From Gnetum montanum (lineage: Eukaryota > Plantae > Gnetophyta), in assembly GCA_015680685.1 (NCBI GenBank), contig MNCI01000651.1, positions 372,001 through 436,000 on the forward strand: a stretch of 64,000 bases of DNA. Direction: 5' to 3'. Position 1 is the stretch's first letter. Every line of letters starts with the position of its first letter. Below are positions 53,424 through 64,000 of this stretch, one piece after another. The translations under genes were made by a program, and so were the position numbers. The notes under the pieces were generated by a model. That model was not told the origin of the DNA. It saw nothing but the letters and a program-made list of their open reading frames with translations, and did not search any database.

Positions 53424-54121
53424 CTCTTTCATTCTTAAGAAATATTTGTTCTCAAAGATAGAAACAAGATCTTATCTTATTTCTCTAAGATAAACTCACA
53501 CTTCATCATGACGAATAAATTTCCAACGTTGATACCCATAACATTTGTTAATCCAAATTATCTTGTTAAATATAAAAGTTGAGCAACCAACAACCATGCA
53601 CTTCCAACCATAAACCATGTTCTATACCATGCATTATGATCATGCATAGACTAAATTTCATTTATAATATTTGGTCTAATAACCTAAATTTTTCTTTGTC
53701 CTTATAGACTCCCATATTATATACCATAATTTCATCATTTGGAAATAAAAAATTTTCTTCAAAAAGCATATTTTTCTCATTACATAAAAATAAATTCCAA
53801 ATTTTCATATATCTAACTCATTATCCAAAAATATGCTTTCTTGAAAAATACTTTTATTCTATAAATTCACCAATTTGTCAAAAATTACACATAAAAATGC
53901 ACCTTACAGCTTGGACACCCAAAATAATATTTGGAAGCTTCACTAAAAATTACTACCATATCTCATAAACTTGGTACTTTTTTCTAAAATCCCCCTTTTG
54001 TCATTATCTTTTGAAATACCACAATGAAAATTTTTGTTACAACCCATGACCAAAAATATTTGTAATTTGGTGAAAAATAAATGGTAGACACAATTGCCTT
54101 ATTTTTCCCAATAACTAGCAT

Positions 54122-57100
54122 TGTAACCTTCATCACTAGAACTTGAGGTAATATTTTCAATGTAAAATGTGAAATTTGTAGTTCATAGGCTATAATCTCA
54201 CATATATTAAGTTGTGGGGTCTAAAAAATGGCTCATAACTTATGAATGCCTCATTTTCTAGGTGAAAAAAGTAGTATTTTGCATATACCTAATCTTGGAA
54301 AGGCTGAAAATGCCTTGGAAATCACCAAATTTGGGCTTTTCTTACTTTTTATGCTTTTCATATTAATTTATATGTTGGAACCACTTGTAGCTAGTGTATA
54401 AATTTTTGGGCTTGAATTTTTATGCTTGGAAAACATACAACTAGGATATAAAACTTTGGACTTTAGTCTCTATGTTGGAAAAACTTACAAAGCCAATGTA
54501 TAAATTTGGACATTGAATTTTTCTGCTAGGTAGCACATGAAGCCAGCGTAAAAACCATCAAACTTTCCAAATTTGATAAATATGCTAGGCCTAGATAGCT
54601 TGCAAACACCTGTAATTTGCAGTAATCTATCAGCAATCATGGAAAAAATTTGTAGCAATGGATCACACACCAAATGGTCTATAAAAATAGAAGATGACTA
54701 CACTAAAAGGACTTTTGGAAAATTTGCATTCAAGCTAAACCAAAGACTTTTAGAGTAGTGCAAATTCACTAGAAGTCCAGCAACAACTTCACCATTCATA
54801 ATGCAGATCTAGTGCCTGAGAGACTAGAAAAGAGCTTCGAGATCACAACTTGGAACTTCTAGAAAGTGAAGCTGATTGTAGGACAAACTCTACCAGCTTC
54901 ATTGGGCTTCAAGAATCCTTCATCTAGCTCTTTGTGCATTTAAAGCATACCAACTTGTATCCACTTGAACTTTGTTTCTATAGACAATTTTTATTATTTC
55001 AATAAAGATTTGCAATTCATCAACTCAATGCAAGTTTATATCTCTCTTTCTTTGAATATAGATATACATTTTCAATTAAATTCAATTACATCATTTATGA
55101 ATCTTAAGTCCCTAGATGATTATCAAGATCATCCAAGGTGCTTCAAATCCTTTCTTGAGGCTAGCGGGATCTGAGGTTAAACTATTTCACTCTAAATTCT
55201 TTAGTTTTCCAACATCAAATTTTTCCAAAGTTACAATTTTAGGTGCTAGAAGAAGGGCCTTTGTCCAAATTCTTCTTCCAATACTACTCTATCTTGTCAT
55301 GTTCATCAATTTTAATTATTATTATTCACTTTTTCTTACAAAGAAACCTTTGAATTCTATTTTGAGTTCTTACCAAAACCAATGTAGCCATTTATTTCCC
55401 TACAATTATGAACCTAGTGTATTTATTGCAGCCAATTTGGATGACTTGCAATTTTCACAGCAACTACTGGACTTTTCAAAGCCTAGCATACTTTTGAAAA
55501 TCTACACTTTGCACATTCCAAAATCTACCTTTGGATTTTCCCAGAGGCTAGTGTATTATTCACTATCATCTTCCACTCATAGACATTAAAAATTTTCTAG
55601 TAGGCTTCTCTTGAAATTCTAGTGTATTTATTGCTAAGAAAGCCCAACATATTATTTTTCAAGAAAAAACTAGCGTATTTTTCTTCCACAAGAAAAGTCT
55701 AGCCTAATTTTCATAGCATGCTAGATTGAGGTGAACCTAACATAAAAACTGGAAGCTTACCTACAACATTTTCATAGCAAGATTTTTCCCAACAACCAGT
55801 TACAATGCGACCCCTACCTCTTGCATTCTAAGAAAGAAATTTTTTTAAAATTAATTAATTGATTTTCGCTAATCTAATGCATAGCACTATCATTGCCATC
55901 TACACTATTGTTGCAGTTGCAATTTTCATCATATTTCATAGCCAAAACCATATATATGCTGAGCAGTTTTACCTGCCTAATTTAAAAACTAGTTAAAACT
56001 CCACACTAATGTCTTTCCATAAATCAACCATATTACTAGTCAACCTGACTTACATGGCAGTACATGTGTATGACCCTAAATACCCAGTTATTATTAAGTG
56101 TAGATAATTACTTAGGTAGAGGGGTGAAATTCTAGATTTTGTTGTAATCAATGAGTTCTAAAACTTCATCTATGTTAAGATACAATTTTTTTTACTCATA
56201 AGATGCTTCAAATCTAATGCTAAAAATTATTTCAAAATAATACACCATGATGGGAAAGAATATATCCCATCACCATATGAAAAAATGCCCCTCACTGATT
56301 TCTATGCTCATACAAATGATAGATGCTAATGAGAGAAGTGAGAAGCTTAATTTAAAGGTTTTCCAAGAAGAGAAAGATGTGTTCGAGGCTAAACCAGAGT
56401 TAGATACCTTCATTGGGAGCCTTTTCCAACAATTGACTCCCCAAACAACTACATCTAGTTCTACATCTCCTACATTGTATATGGGACAAGTTCCCTAACC
56501 ATCTTTCCTTCTTGTCAATCCTTCCATATTTGGTTTCACATAAATCATTGTCACACATTAAGCATAACCCATGCCTTAGTCAACCTCCATCTTCTCATCC
56601 ATGTCCTTCGTAGTGTAACCTAACTTGGCACAACTGTCACTCGTGGTATTTACCATGTCTCATCCTTTTTCTATCCTAGTGGAACCTTTAGTGGAACTCC
56701 AAGCTAATTAAGCCTCAGATACCTCATTTTTTCCTTTCATCCCTTAACTACCAACACAAACTATATTTTCATTGTTTAACCCCCCTACAACTATGATCAC
56801 CTAGCCTCTTCCATTGTTGCCAATTACTTGGTGCATAGCCTCTAGCCTTCCAACTTTCCTTGTAGCCATTTGTACAAAGCTTGTAGCACACCAAAGTATC
56901 CCAAGGTTTGGATTAGGCCTTTTAGATTATCTAAGACCTTACCAAAGAGCTATGTAAGCTTAAGGCTTCCATCATGTAGATGGTCAAAATAATTGACATC
57001 TATAAGATGATCCCATTAGTTTTGCTATCCCTCAAATATCTCTTCCTTTGGGCATTCCCATCCCATAATTTACCAAATACAACAATGAGGATGATCCCCA

Positions 57101-57882
57101 TGCACACCTCACTACCTTCAATTCTGAGTACTTATTATTACAAGCTTGGCCTCATACCATCATTCATATATTCCCTAGGTTCCTCATCGAGAAATCCTTA
57201 GATTGGTACTACACATTTCCGAGAGGATATATTGCCTATCTAGAGGACTTGATTTCACAATTCATGAACTATTTTAAGTATAACTTAAAATGAGATACCA
57301 CCCTTGATCACATGATGAAAATTGAGTAAGGATATCTTAAACTTATCTAGAAGTTCATTCAACAATGTTATGCTCTACTCAATGAGATTTCCAAGCTTAT
57401 AGTTGAAATCCATCTTTTAGCCATTTTCAAGAGGATAGTCAATGACTTCATCAAACCCAAACTATTATTTAGACCCGTAGTCCCTTAGCTAGAATTTTTC
57501 AGAAATGAAGAACATAGAGGATTCCATTGAACTTAGTGGTGATCTAGCCTACATGGTGTATAAGAACTAGCACTCAAGAAAGGATAGGGATAGAGGGAAG
57601 CAAAAGTATGTAGCTTTGGCCACTATGGCCAAAGAAAACAAGACTTCATAAGGACCAAAGATGAATAAACCAAAGGTCCATGCTCCAACCAACCAATCTT
57701 CAACATTGAGGACCTCTACCTCTAACCAAACTAGGCCTAACTTTAAGTGAAAATATTGGTCAAAATACAGTAAGTTGTCATTGAAACCATTAGAGCTCCT
57801 TGACTAATTTCTCAAGAGTGGTCAAATCTATTATAGGAAAATGATTGAGAATTCCCATAAGAGGCATGATTGCTTATGTAAG
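54122..57882 (+). mobile_element. Old Tat-lineage element: probable LTR 54122-55804, decayed PBS, gag remnant; cut at 57883
   Basis: tgtaac...gttaca termini followed by atgcgacccc; gag DDPISFAIPQISLPLGIP..FTKYNNEDDPHAHLTTF and FPRFLIEKSLDWY near 57000-57220. Confidence 0.65.
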
Positions 57883-60770
57883 TGTAGCAACCAAAAATGT
57901 CGATGGCTGGAACACCGAGAGGTTGCCAGGTGAATAGTTTAACCCCGGATCCATGCGAGGGCTATACTGGAGAGAAATGGAAGGGGGGTGCCCTAAATGG
58001 TCTGGTTGATCAAATAGGAACTTAATCAATGTATCTTAACCTTATGTAAACATTTTTTTCGGAAGCAAGACATGCAAGATAAATCGATGATCAATAAATG
58101 CAAGGCAAAGAAAATAGTGCAAAAAAACAATTATAATAAGGAAATAGCAAAAAAAAATTGGGTGAGAAAGTGCACCACCCCAAGGCCATAGATTTGATGC
58201 TTTTCCTTGTTTGAAAGGTGTACAATAGGTTATGCAACACTAGAGAGACATTGCTTACATTGAATAGTATGGTCACAAGTCTTCTGCTTGCTACTTTGTT
58301 TGCTAAGATGCCAAAATATTAGACTCACAAAGGGATGCTTGGAGACAACTAGAGAACTCAAGGAAAACTAGAATGCTTAAGAAAAATGCCAACTATGCTC
58401 TCAAAAAGCCAACTTAAAAGCCAACTACACCAAAAAGCCAACTCTATTTGTCAAAAAGCTAACCAAGAAGCCAACCCTTCAAGCATTGTTTGCTAGGGTA
58501 TTTATAGGATAAGGAGAAAGAGAGAAATGTGGTCTAGATCCCATGTGTCTTGGGCCCTACCAAGTGCTAACATGCCCATACCGTGTAGGAGTGTGATGCT
58601 TGTTGTGAACTTTGTTACGCTATGACCATACTGCCGAAATTACGTGTGCCGAAATCCAGTGTGCTAATAATGCAAGCAAAATGGAGCCTATGCTCTGGGA
58701 CTACATCTTCCCTGCTCTTACAAATAGGGTCAAGTGTAGGAAAAAATTTTTGGGAGCTGACCAGGGATATGCAAAATGAAGTGAAATTTTTGATTTTGCC
58801 AAGGAGATGCCAGAGTGAGAAAGATTGTTATCAACAAGTTATAGAGCTACCTGAAGACGTCTTCATGCTTCCATACCAATGTTGCACTACTTACACTGTT
58901 GAACACAAAGTTGTAGCGTAAGTAACTATTTGCTATGCTATGCTACTCTAGGTAGCGTAGCATAGCGTAGCCACTGGTCTTGACACAAATTTGCATAGGA
59001 GCCGAAGAGCATTTGTCTGAGGCTTAGTTAGGCTAACAACTATAACTTTTATTCTTCATGCCAAAGAGCCTTTGGACTCTCTAAGTTCATGTTCAGAACA
59101 CTTATGTTATTTTTGCATTGCTGCTACGCATAGTGTAGCACAGTGTACCAGCCAGTGTACCTTGCTCCCTTATTTAATCCACCATTTTCTAGCAAGAAAC
59201 TTTGCTCGAGGCCTGAAGGCTAAGTAGGGCAACCAATTTTGAAGGTCAATGCATTTCCAAGTGTAATTTTCTTGTTGTAATCACTTGGCAAGATGGGATC
59301 TTCTGTTCTACTTTTGCTACGCTGTGCTATGCTACATAGCATAGCATAGCATAGCACCTTGTGTTGGCTGAATCCTAACTTATCTCGCAATCATTTTATC
59401 AATTCGCATTTTGACACTTGAGTGATTATCTTTCACTGCTTGCTACGCTGCATAGCGTAGCAAACTTCTTCACTAGAAGACTTAATGAATTTTTTTGCTC
59501 ATCTCGAAGACTTTCGACAACTCCTAGCATGGTCTCTAGGTAGACTATCAGCTGGGTCAATTGTCTAGTTGGGCAGGCTAGAGAGTCTGGCGAGCCTGCC
59601 AATGCTGGAGATAGAAAACTTGCCGGACTAGGCAGTTTATCCTTAGTGTGAACCATCATGATGCTGCACTTGTGGAAGTCCTCGCCTAAATTCCATGACT
59701 TTGTTGAAGCATGAAGGTCCTGCAATTTTATGGTGTTTCACTGGCCCCTCTTTGTCGATGTCTGGAGGATCTGACCAATAGACATTGACAAAGAATACGA
59801 AACACCATGAAGGATAAGACACCAACATCGCTCTCTAGTGGTCACTTAAATGTCACTTTACTATGCTTGGGAGTATCAGGATAGTTGTTCAAGAAGAAAG
59901 GAGGAAAAGGGGTGGATTTGAGGGGATAGGTTCAGAAAGGGGAAGGATGAAATGTAGTGTGGTCCCTTGTCGAAGTGCTTGTGAGGGAGTCAGTGGATGT
60001 GGACATCTTTCTTTTCCTGGCTTCTGACCTCTCATCAAGATTCTTAGATATGGTCATTTTGAAACATCTAGTATGCCATTTGTTTTGGGTACACACTCTC
60101 TTTTTCTTTTTTTGAGCTTTCTTTTTTGCTCTTTTACGCTTTTGTACTTTTCTTTTGTTGTTTAGCCATGTTCATTTGTAAACAATATTGTTGTTGTAGG
60201 ACAAGTGTTTCCTCCCCAAGATGAGTTGTGTTACATCCATGTGGGGCTTTGACCTGCCTACATATGCTTCCTATGTGGTGAGCTTTGTTACACGTGTCAT
60301 GGACTTTGCAGTTGGGCATATTGGAGGGCTTTACATGCATCAAGAAAGCTTGTAAAAGAGGTGTGAAAAGGGAAACTATGGGTGTAAGGAATGAGATGAC
60401 AAAGGTTAAGAGGAAGGGTAGGATCTACACTTCCAAGTAGCTAAGCTAGTTAGAATGATCACCTCGGAATGCTATACTGTCCTGTCCTATTGGCGAAATG
60501 CATCCCTGACCGACACCATCTTGGCTCATATCCTACAGCTGAAAAAAAAAGTAGACTAGAGAAATGTTACCATGAACTATAGTTAGGCAAAGGTCTTGCT
60601 TGATTTAGATAGCAATGAAGTGGTAGGCATTGTTGCTGAGGCATGTGAAGTTTAAAGCAGGAAGGCCAGCAGCGGTTCTGGCACTAGCAAACTGAAGGGG
60701 CTGGCACTGAGGGGGCTAGGAGTTACGACGATGCGAGTGCTCAGGAGTCCCCACCTAAGGAAATATCATG
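57883..60770 (-). mobile_element. Tat-lineage element, 3' end: 3' LTR 57883-59740, PPT 59741-59753, 3' UTR to 60770
   Basis: Minus-strand LTR TGAAACACCATAAAATT...GGTTGCTACA, PPT aaagaggggccag directly upstream, TATA ctataaataccc near 58500; LTR start nearly identical to that at 60771. Confidence 0.8.
58386..58476. repeat. AAGCCAACT motif array in the LTR
   Basis: About 6 copies of gccaac/gctaac spaced 12-19 bp apart. Confidence 0.75.
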
Positions 60771-61886
60771 TGAAACACCACAAAATTCGGAGCTTAGTAC
60801 TTGTCTGACACCAAACAGAACCCTGAAACTCATTAACGATGTCGGCTGCACGATTGCAACACTTAGTTTTTGCTAAGTACATGGTGCCAGCGTATACGCC
60901 CAGAATTTCAGCGTATACGTCCAGCGTATACGCCTGGCACTCCAGCGTATACGCCTGGCTCTCTGGCGTACACACCCAGGTACTGCAGACGCACACGCTC
61001 GATGACAAGATCTCCAATGACAGGATGAAGATAACACCGAAGAGCAAGGATTGAAGCAAGTGGACATCCTTCGGCATATGCGCCCGACGTGTACGCCCAG
61101 CATCCATCAGTGTATACGCCAGGCGTGTATGCCCAACATTCACCAGCATATATGCCCGGCGCTCAGCATCTCCACCCAGTTCACGCCTAGCATTTTCAGC
61201 GTATATGCCCAGCAGTTGTAACATTTTGTATATTTGTAAAGTGTATGCACCCGGTCGACACGCCACGTGTCTCCCATCCCGAGTCTAGCGTAACAACCTG
61301 TATAAAACCCCCATTTTTCCACTTCATCTAGACGAATGACAAAATCCCGGAGCAGACCAGAGAACATTGATGCTGCGCAAAAGAGCTGAAAACCCTCTTA
61401 CGTTGGGAAGCCGTGCACGCTGTGGATCTAGTCTCTTACGCTCTGCTCACCCTGCAAACTAGCTGAGTCATCCCTGTGTACGCCGGGGCTTTTCGTCCGC
61501 CTTGTGTTCCCACACGACTGTGTTAGACCGGTGCACTGTACTTTGACTCTATAATACCATTGTTTCATTTGCTACATAATTTCTTTTACAGTTTTACGTC
61601 AATTTGGCCAACGCATCGTTTACGCTTGTTTACGCTCGCGCTCCGTTTGCATCTGTTTTACTCTTTGTTTACGCTTGCACACCGTTTACGCATAACCCAG
61701 CGTATAGCATTTTGCGTACGCGTAGGGAAATCCTTGTCTGATCCATGTGTGGACCACCCAAGGTACTCTGCCTCCGTTGTATTCTAGCTTGCCCTCAGGT
61801 GAAGGCAGGGTCTTCTGTACCTATCCTGCGATCCCACGGCCTCTGTTTTCCCTTCCAGCCGGAGACCGACGATTTCAGGCGGTACA
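60771..61886 (+). repeat. 5' LTR with GCGTATACGC palindrome array (60888-61250) and TATA-like tataaaa near 61301
   Basis: TG...CA termini; at least 8 copies of cagcgtatacgcc variants. Confidence 0.85.
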
Positions 61887-61891
61887 AAAAT

Positions 61892-61907
61892 TGGCGCTAG
61901 AAGGAGG
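61892..61907 (+). promoter_or_regulatory. PBS complementary to plant tRNA-Asn(GUU) 3' end
   Basis: TGGCGCTAGAAGGAGG 5 nt after the LTR end; complement CCTCCTTCTAGCGCCA (tRNA identity from recall). Confidence 0.8.
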
Positions 61908-62656
61908 ACCCCTTAAAACCCTTACTTGCAGATTTCTCAGTGTATACGCTGCTAAGCATCTACGCCGTTACACCACACGCTGCTCCAATTTTACTAACTT
62001 TCCCAGCGTTTATGCTGTCCAGCGTCTACGGTACACAACGTTTACGTGCTAAACTTGCTCAACTCCTACACCGCTTTGTTCACGCTTATCAGTTTCACGC
62101 TCTACTATTTACGCTACAACCTATTTGACGTGCCTGTCTTTATGCCAGAGTTGGCCTTTATGCCAAGTCTATTTTATACTGCAAAATCTTTACGCTGTGA
62201 ATTTTACGCTACAAATTGTTTACGCTGCAATCCACCATACGCTCACCTGTTTTGTGCTATTTTCTGCTTTACGCTCTAGCCTGTTTTTACATTGAGCTTG
62301 TGTTTATGCTAAGTTTGTATCACATTCGCCTGTTTTATGCTAAACACCTTTTACGCTAAGTCGTCCTTTACGCTGCAACTTATCTTACATTCTTTTATGC
62401 CATTACACTGATCACTCCTTTTACGTTGTACGCAGCTCCCTGTCTCACGCTCTTACTTATTTCACGCTGTCCCACTTTACACTGGCCGATCCTGCTCCAT
62501 ATACGCTTTCCAGCGTCTACGTTGCCCATATATGCTGTATACGCTGCACACACTCTATACACTACGCTGTCACTGTACGCTGTCCATCGAAGCGTATACA
62601 CTGCACGCTGCAGAACACTAACTTCAAATTTCCATTCATATCCATGACCCAACATC

Positions 62657-64000
62657 ATGAACCCCGCAAACAACACCGTTGTCTCCGCTCACACCACCGC
62701 CACCATGGACCTCACTGCTATCCAACAGCCTGTACCACAATACCTGGGAGCGCAACCCACAGTGGGGCCCCGCCGGTATCTAAGGTTACAGGGGAGAGAC
62801 CCAGCCTCCAACATCATCACCCAAGACCAATATAATTTCATATGTATTAAAATACAAGCTAGCCTGGCTGTCAACCACGCTGAAATGAAAGTGAAGAGGC
62901 AGTTTAAACTTTTTTACAGGGGAGGACACAAGTTCACCCCTTCCCCTTTTAATGTAATCCCGGTTCTGGAGCAGTATTCGGAGCTCGTCACGCAACTCCT
63001 ACTACAAAGGAGTCGCACGTTGGACCAGCATGCGCTGGAGCCCCAACTAGAAGAGGAGGATGAGTTCGCTGCTCAATCCGAACAAGGGGAGTCATATCAT
63101 ACCTTAAGCCCGCAAGCGCAGGTTAATCCTATTTTTCATCCGGGTACAGGGGAGATCATGCCTTTACAACACCTCAAGTTCGTCCACGCTCAACCGCCAC
63201 CGCCAGAAACAGCAGCATTAGTCCATGTCCCTCTTCCAAGTGATCCCCAACCCAACACCTTCCCACTCGCGGTCATCCCTACCGCCGCTGGAGGTCCATC
63301 CTCACAAGTACCACCACCTTTCGATAACCTGGGGGTAACACTCCCACCAAGGGTGATAGGGATGCCACACATGATTCTGGCATCCACATCTTCCCACTTC
63401 ATACCACACATCCAAGCACATACAGTTCCCCAAATATCTGTGACCCAACAGGGAGCCCCCGCCCATAACGCGGTGGGGCAATGGCCGGCAAGGGGAGCAC
63501 CGTTGCACCAAGTCCCCCGTCACCACGCACCATCCCACACAGTCCCACCAACCAATGTGCCTCAAGCACAACCCTAGCTGCAACAACAACAACAACAACA
63601 TTTTCCCTACAACGTGTCATCCCTAGCACTACCTACTGTGAATTTTCTACAAACCCAACCACCGTCCATGCAACTTTCAGCCCTTCAACCTAACATGCAA
63701 CAATCTAGCTTGTACAGTATACCGTAACCCCAAGCCACCGCATCATCGAGCGCCCAAGACTGGGCGGACGCCAAAAAGATAATGCAAGAGCTCACTGAAG
63801 AGGTAAAATGCCTCAAAACAACTGCTGAGGGAGAGTTAAAGGTAGTCGATTTCTACAACGATGACCCTATCAGCTCTTCGGCCCCACCTCTAATCTTACC
63901 TAAAGGTGTCCCCTTGCCCACATTAACCAAGTATAATGGGGAGACTGATCCCAATGCACACCTTATAACATTCAGATTAGAGTGTGCGCTACTCCAGGCA
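62657..64000 (+). pseudogene. gag: Tat gag with a long Pro/Gln-rich N-terminal extension and two in-frame premature stops (63575 TAG, ~63725 TAA)
   Basis: The 306-aa ORF continues in the same frame through poly-Q to DFYNDDPI...PLPTLTKYNGETDPNAHLITF (Tat gag motif), homologous to the 57000 region. Confidence 0.85.

Larger units (their letters stand above)
60771..64000 (+). mobile_element. Young Tat-lineage LTR retrotransposon, 5' end (LTR, PBS, 5' UTR, gag); continues beyond the window
   Basis: LTR TGAAACACC...GGCGGTACA, tRNA-Asn PBS, CpG largely intact, gag motif at the window end. Confidence 0.9.

Noticed and set aside
55116-55589. 157-aa ORF
   Set aside because: Lies inside a probable LTR, has F/L/S-rich AT-biased composition and no recognisable domain.
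60766-61367. Several overlapping ORFs with AYT repeats
   Set aside because: Artefacts of the GCGTATACGC palindrome array in the LTR.
57883-61886. One single 4-kb LTR
   Set aside because: An internal PPT at 59741 and matching TGAAACACC termini at 59740 (-) and 60771 (+) show two LTRs of opposite orientation.

Overview
This window is eukaryotic, AT-rich and strongly CpG-depleted. It looks like intergenic heterochromatin from a large plant genome, probably a gymnosperm (inference from element types and decay level). I see no intact host gene, RNA gene or CRISPR array. It is mostly nested, decayed retrotransposons. (1) A Tat/Ogre-like Ty3 pol (RT-RH-aRH-INT, + strand) has its integrase split by a pol-less SIRE-like Ty1/copia element (4915-11515, -). 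(2) Three Athila-like elements (12.6-23.2 kb -, 33659-40635 - with TSD ATGAT, 45020-49.6 kb +) form a pol-deletion series. A fourth, young Athila-like copy is almost wholly hidden behind the single N at 29683 (TSD CCAAG). (3) Two inverted LTR-like copies (25025-26547 and 42478-44008) bracket two CpG-retaining, apparently spliced non-TE islands, an LRR (NLR-type) pseudogene and a hAT transposase pseudogene. (4) Tekay-like LTR remnants lie at about 44.8-53.4 kb. (5) Three Tat-lineage elements of decreasing age are nested at 54.1-64 kb. The most interesting signals are the hidden young insertion, the LTR-bracketed spliced islands with the LRR relic, and lineage-specific CpG-centred motif arrays in LTRs of three unrelated lineages. 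All alignments and translations were done by eye, and boundaries marked approximate are uncertain. I cannot demonstrate a new biological system from sequence alone.
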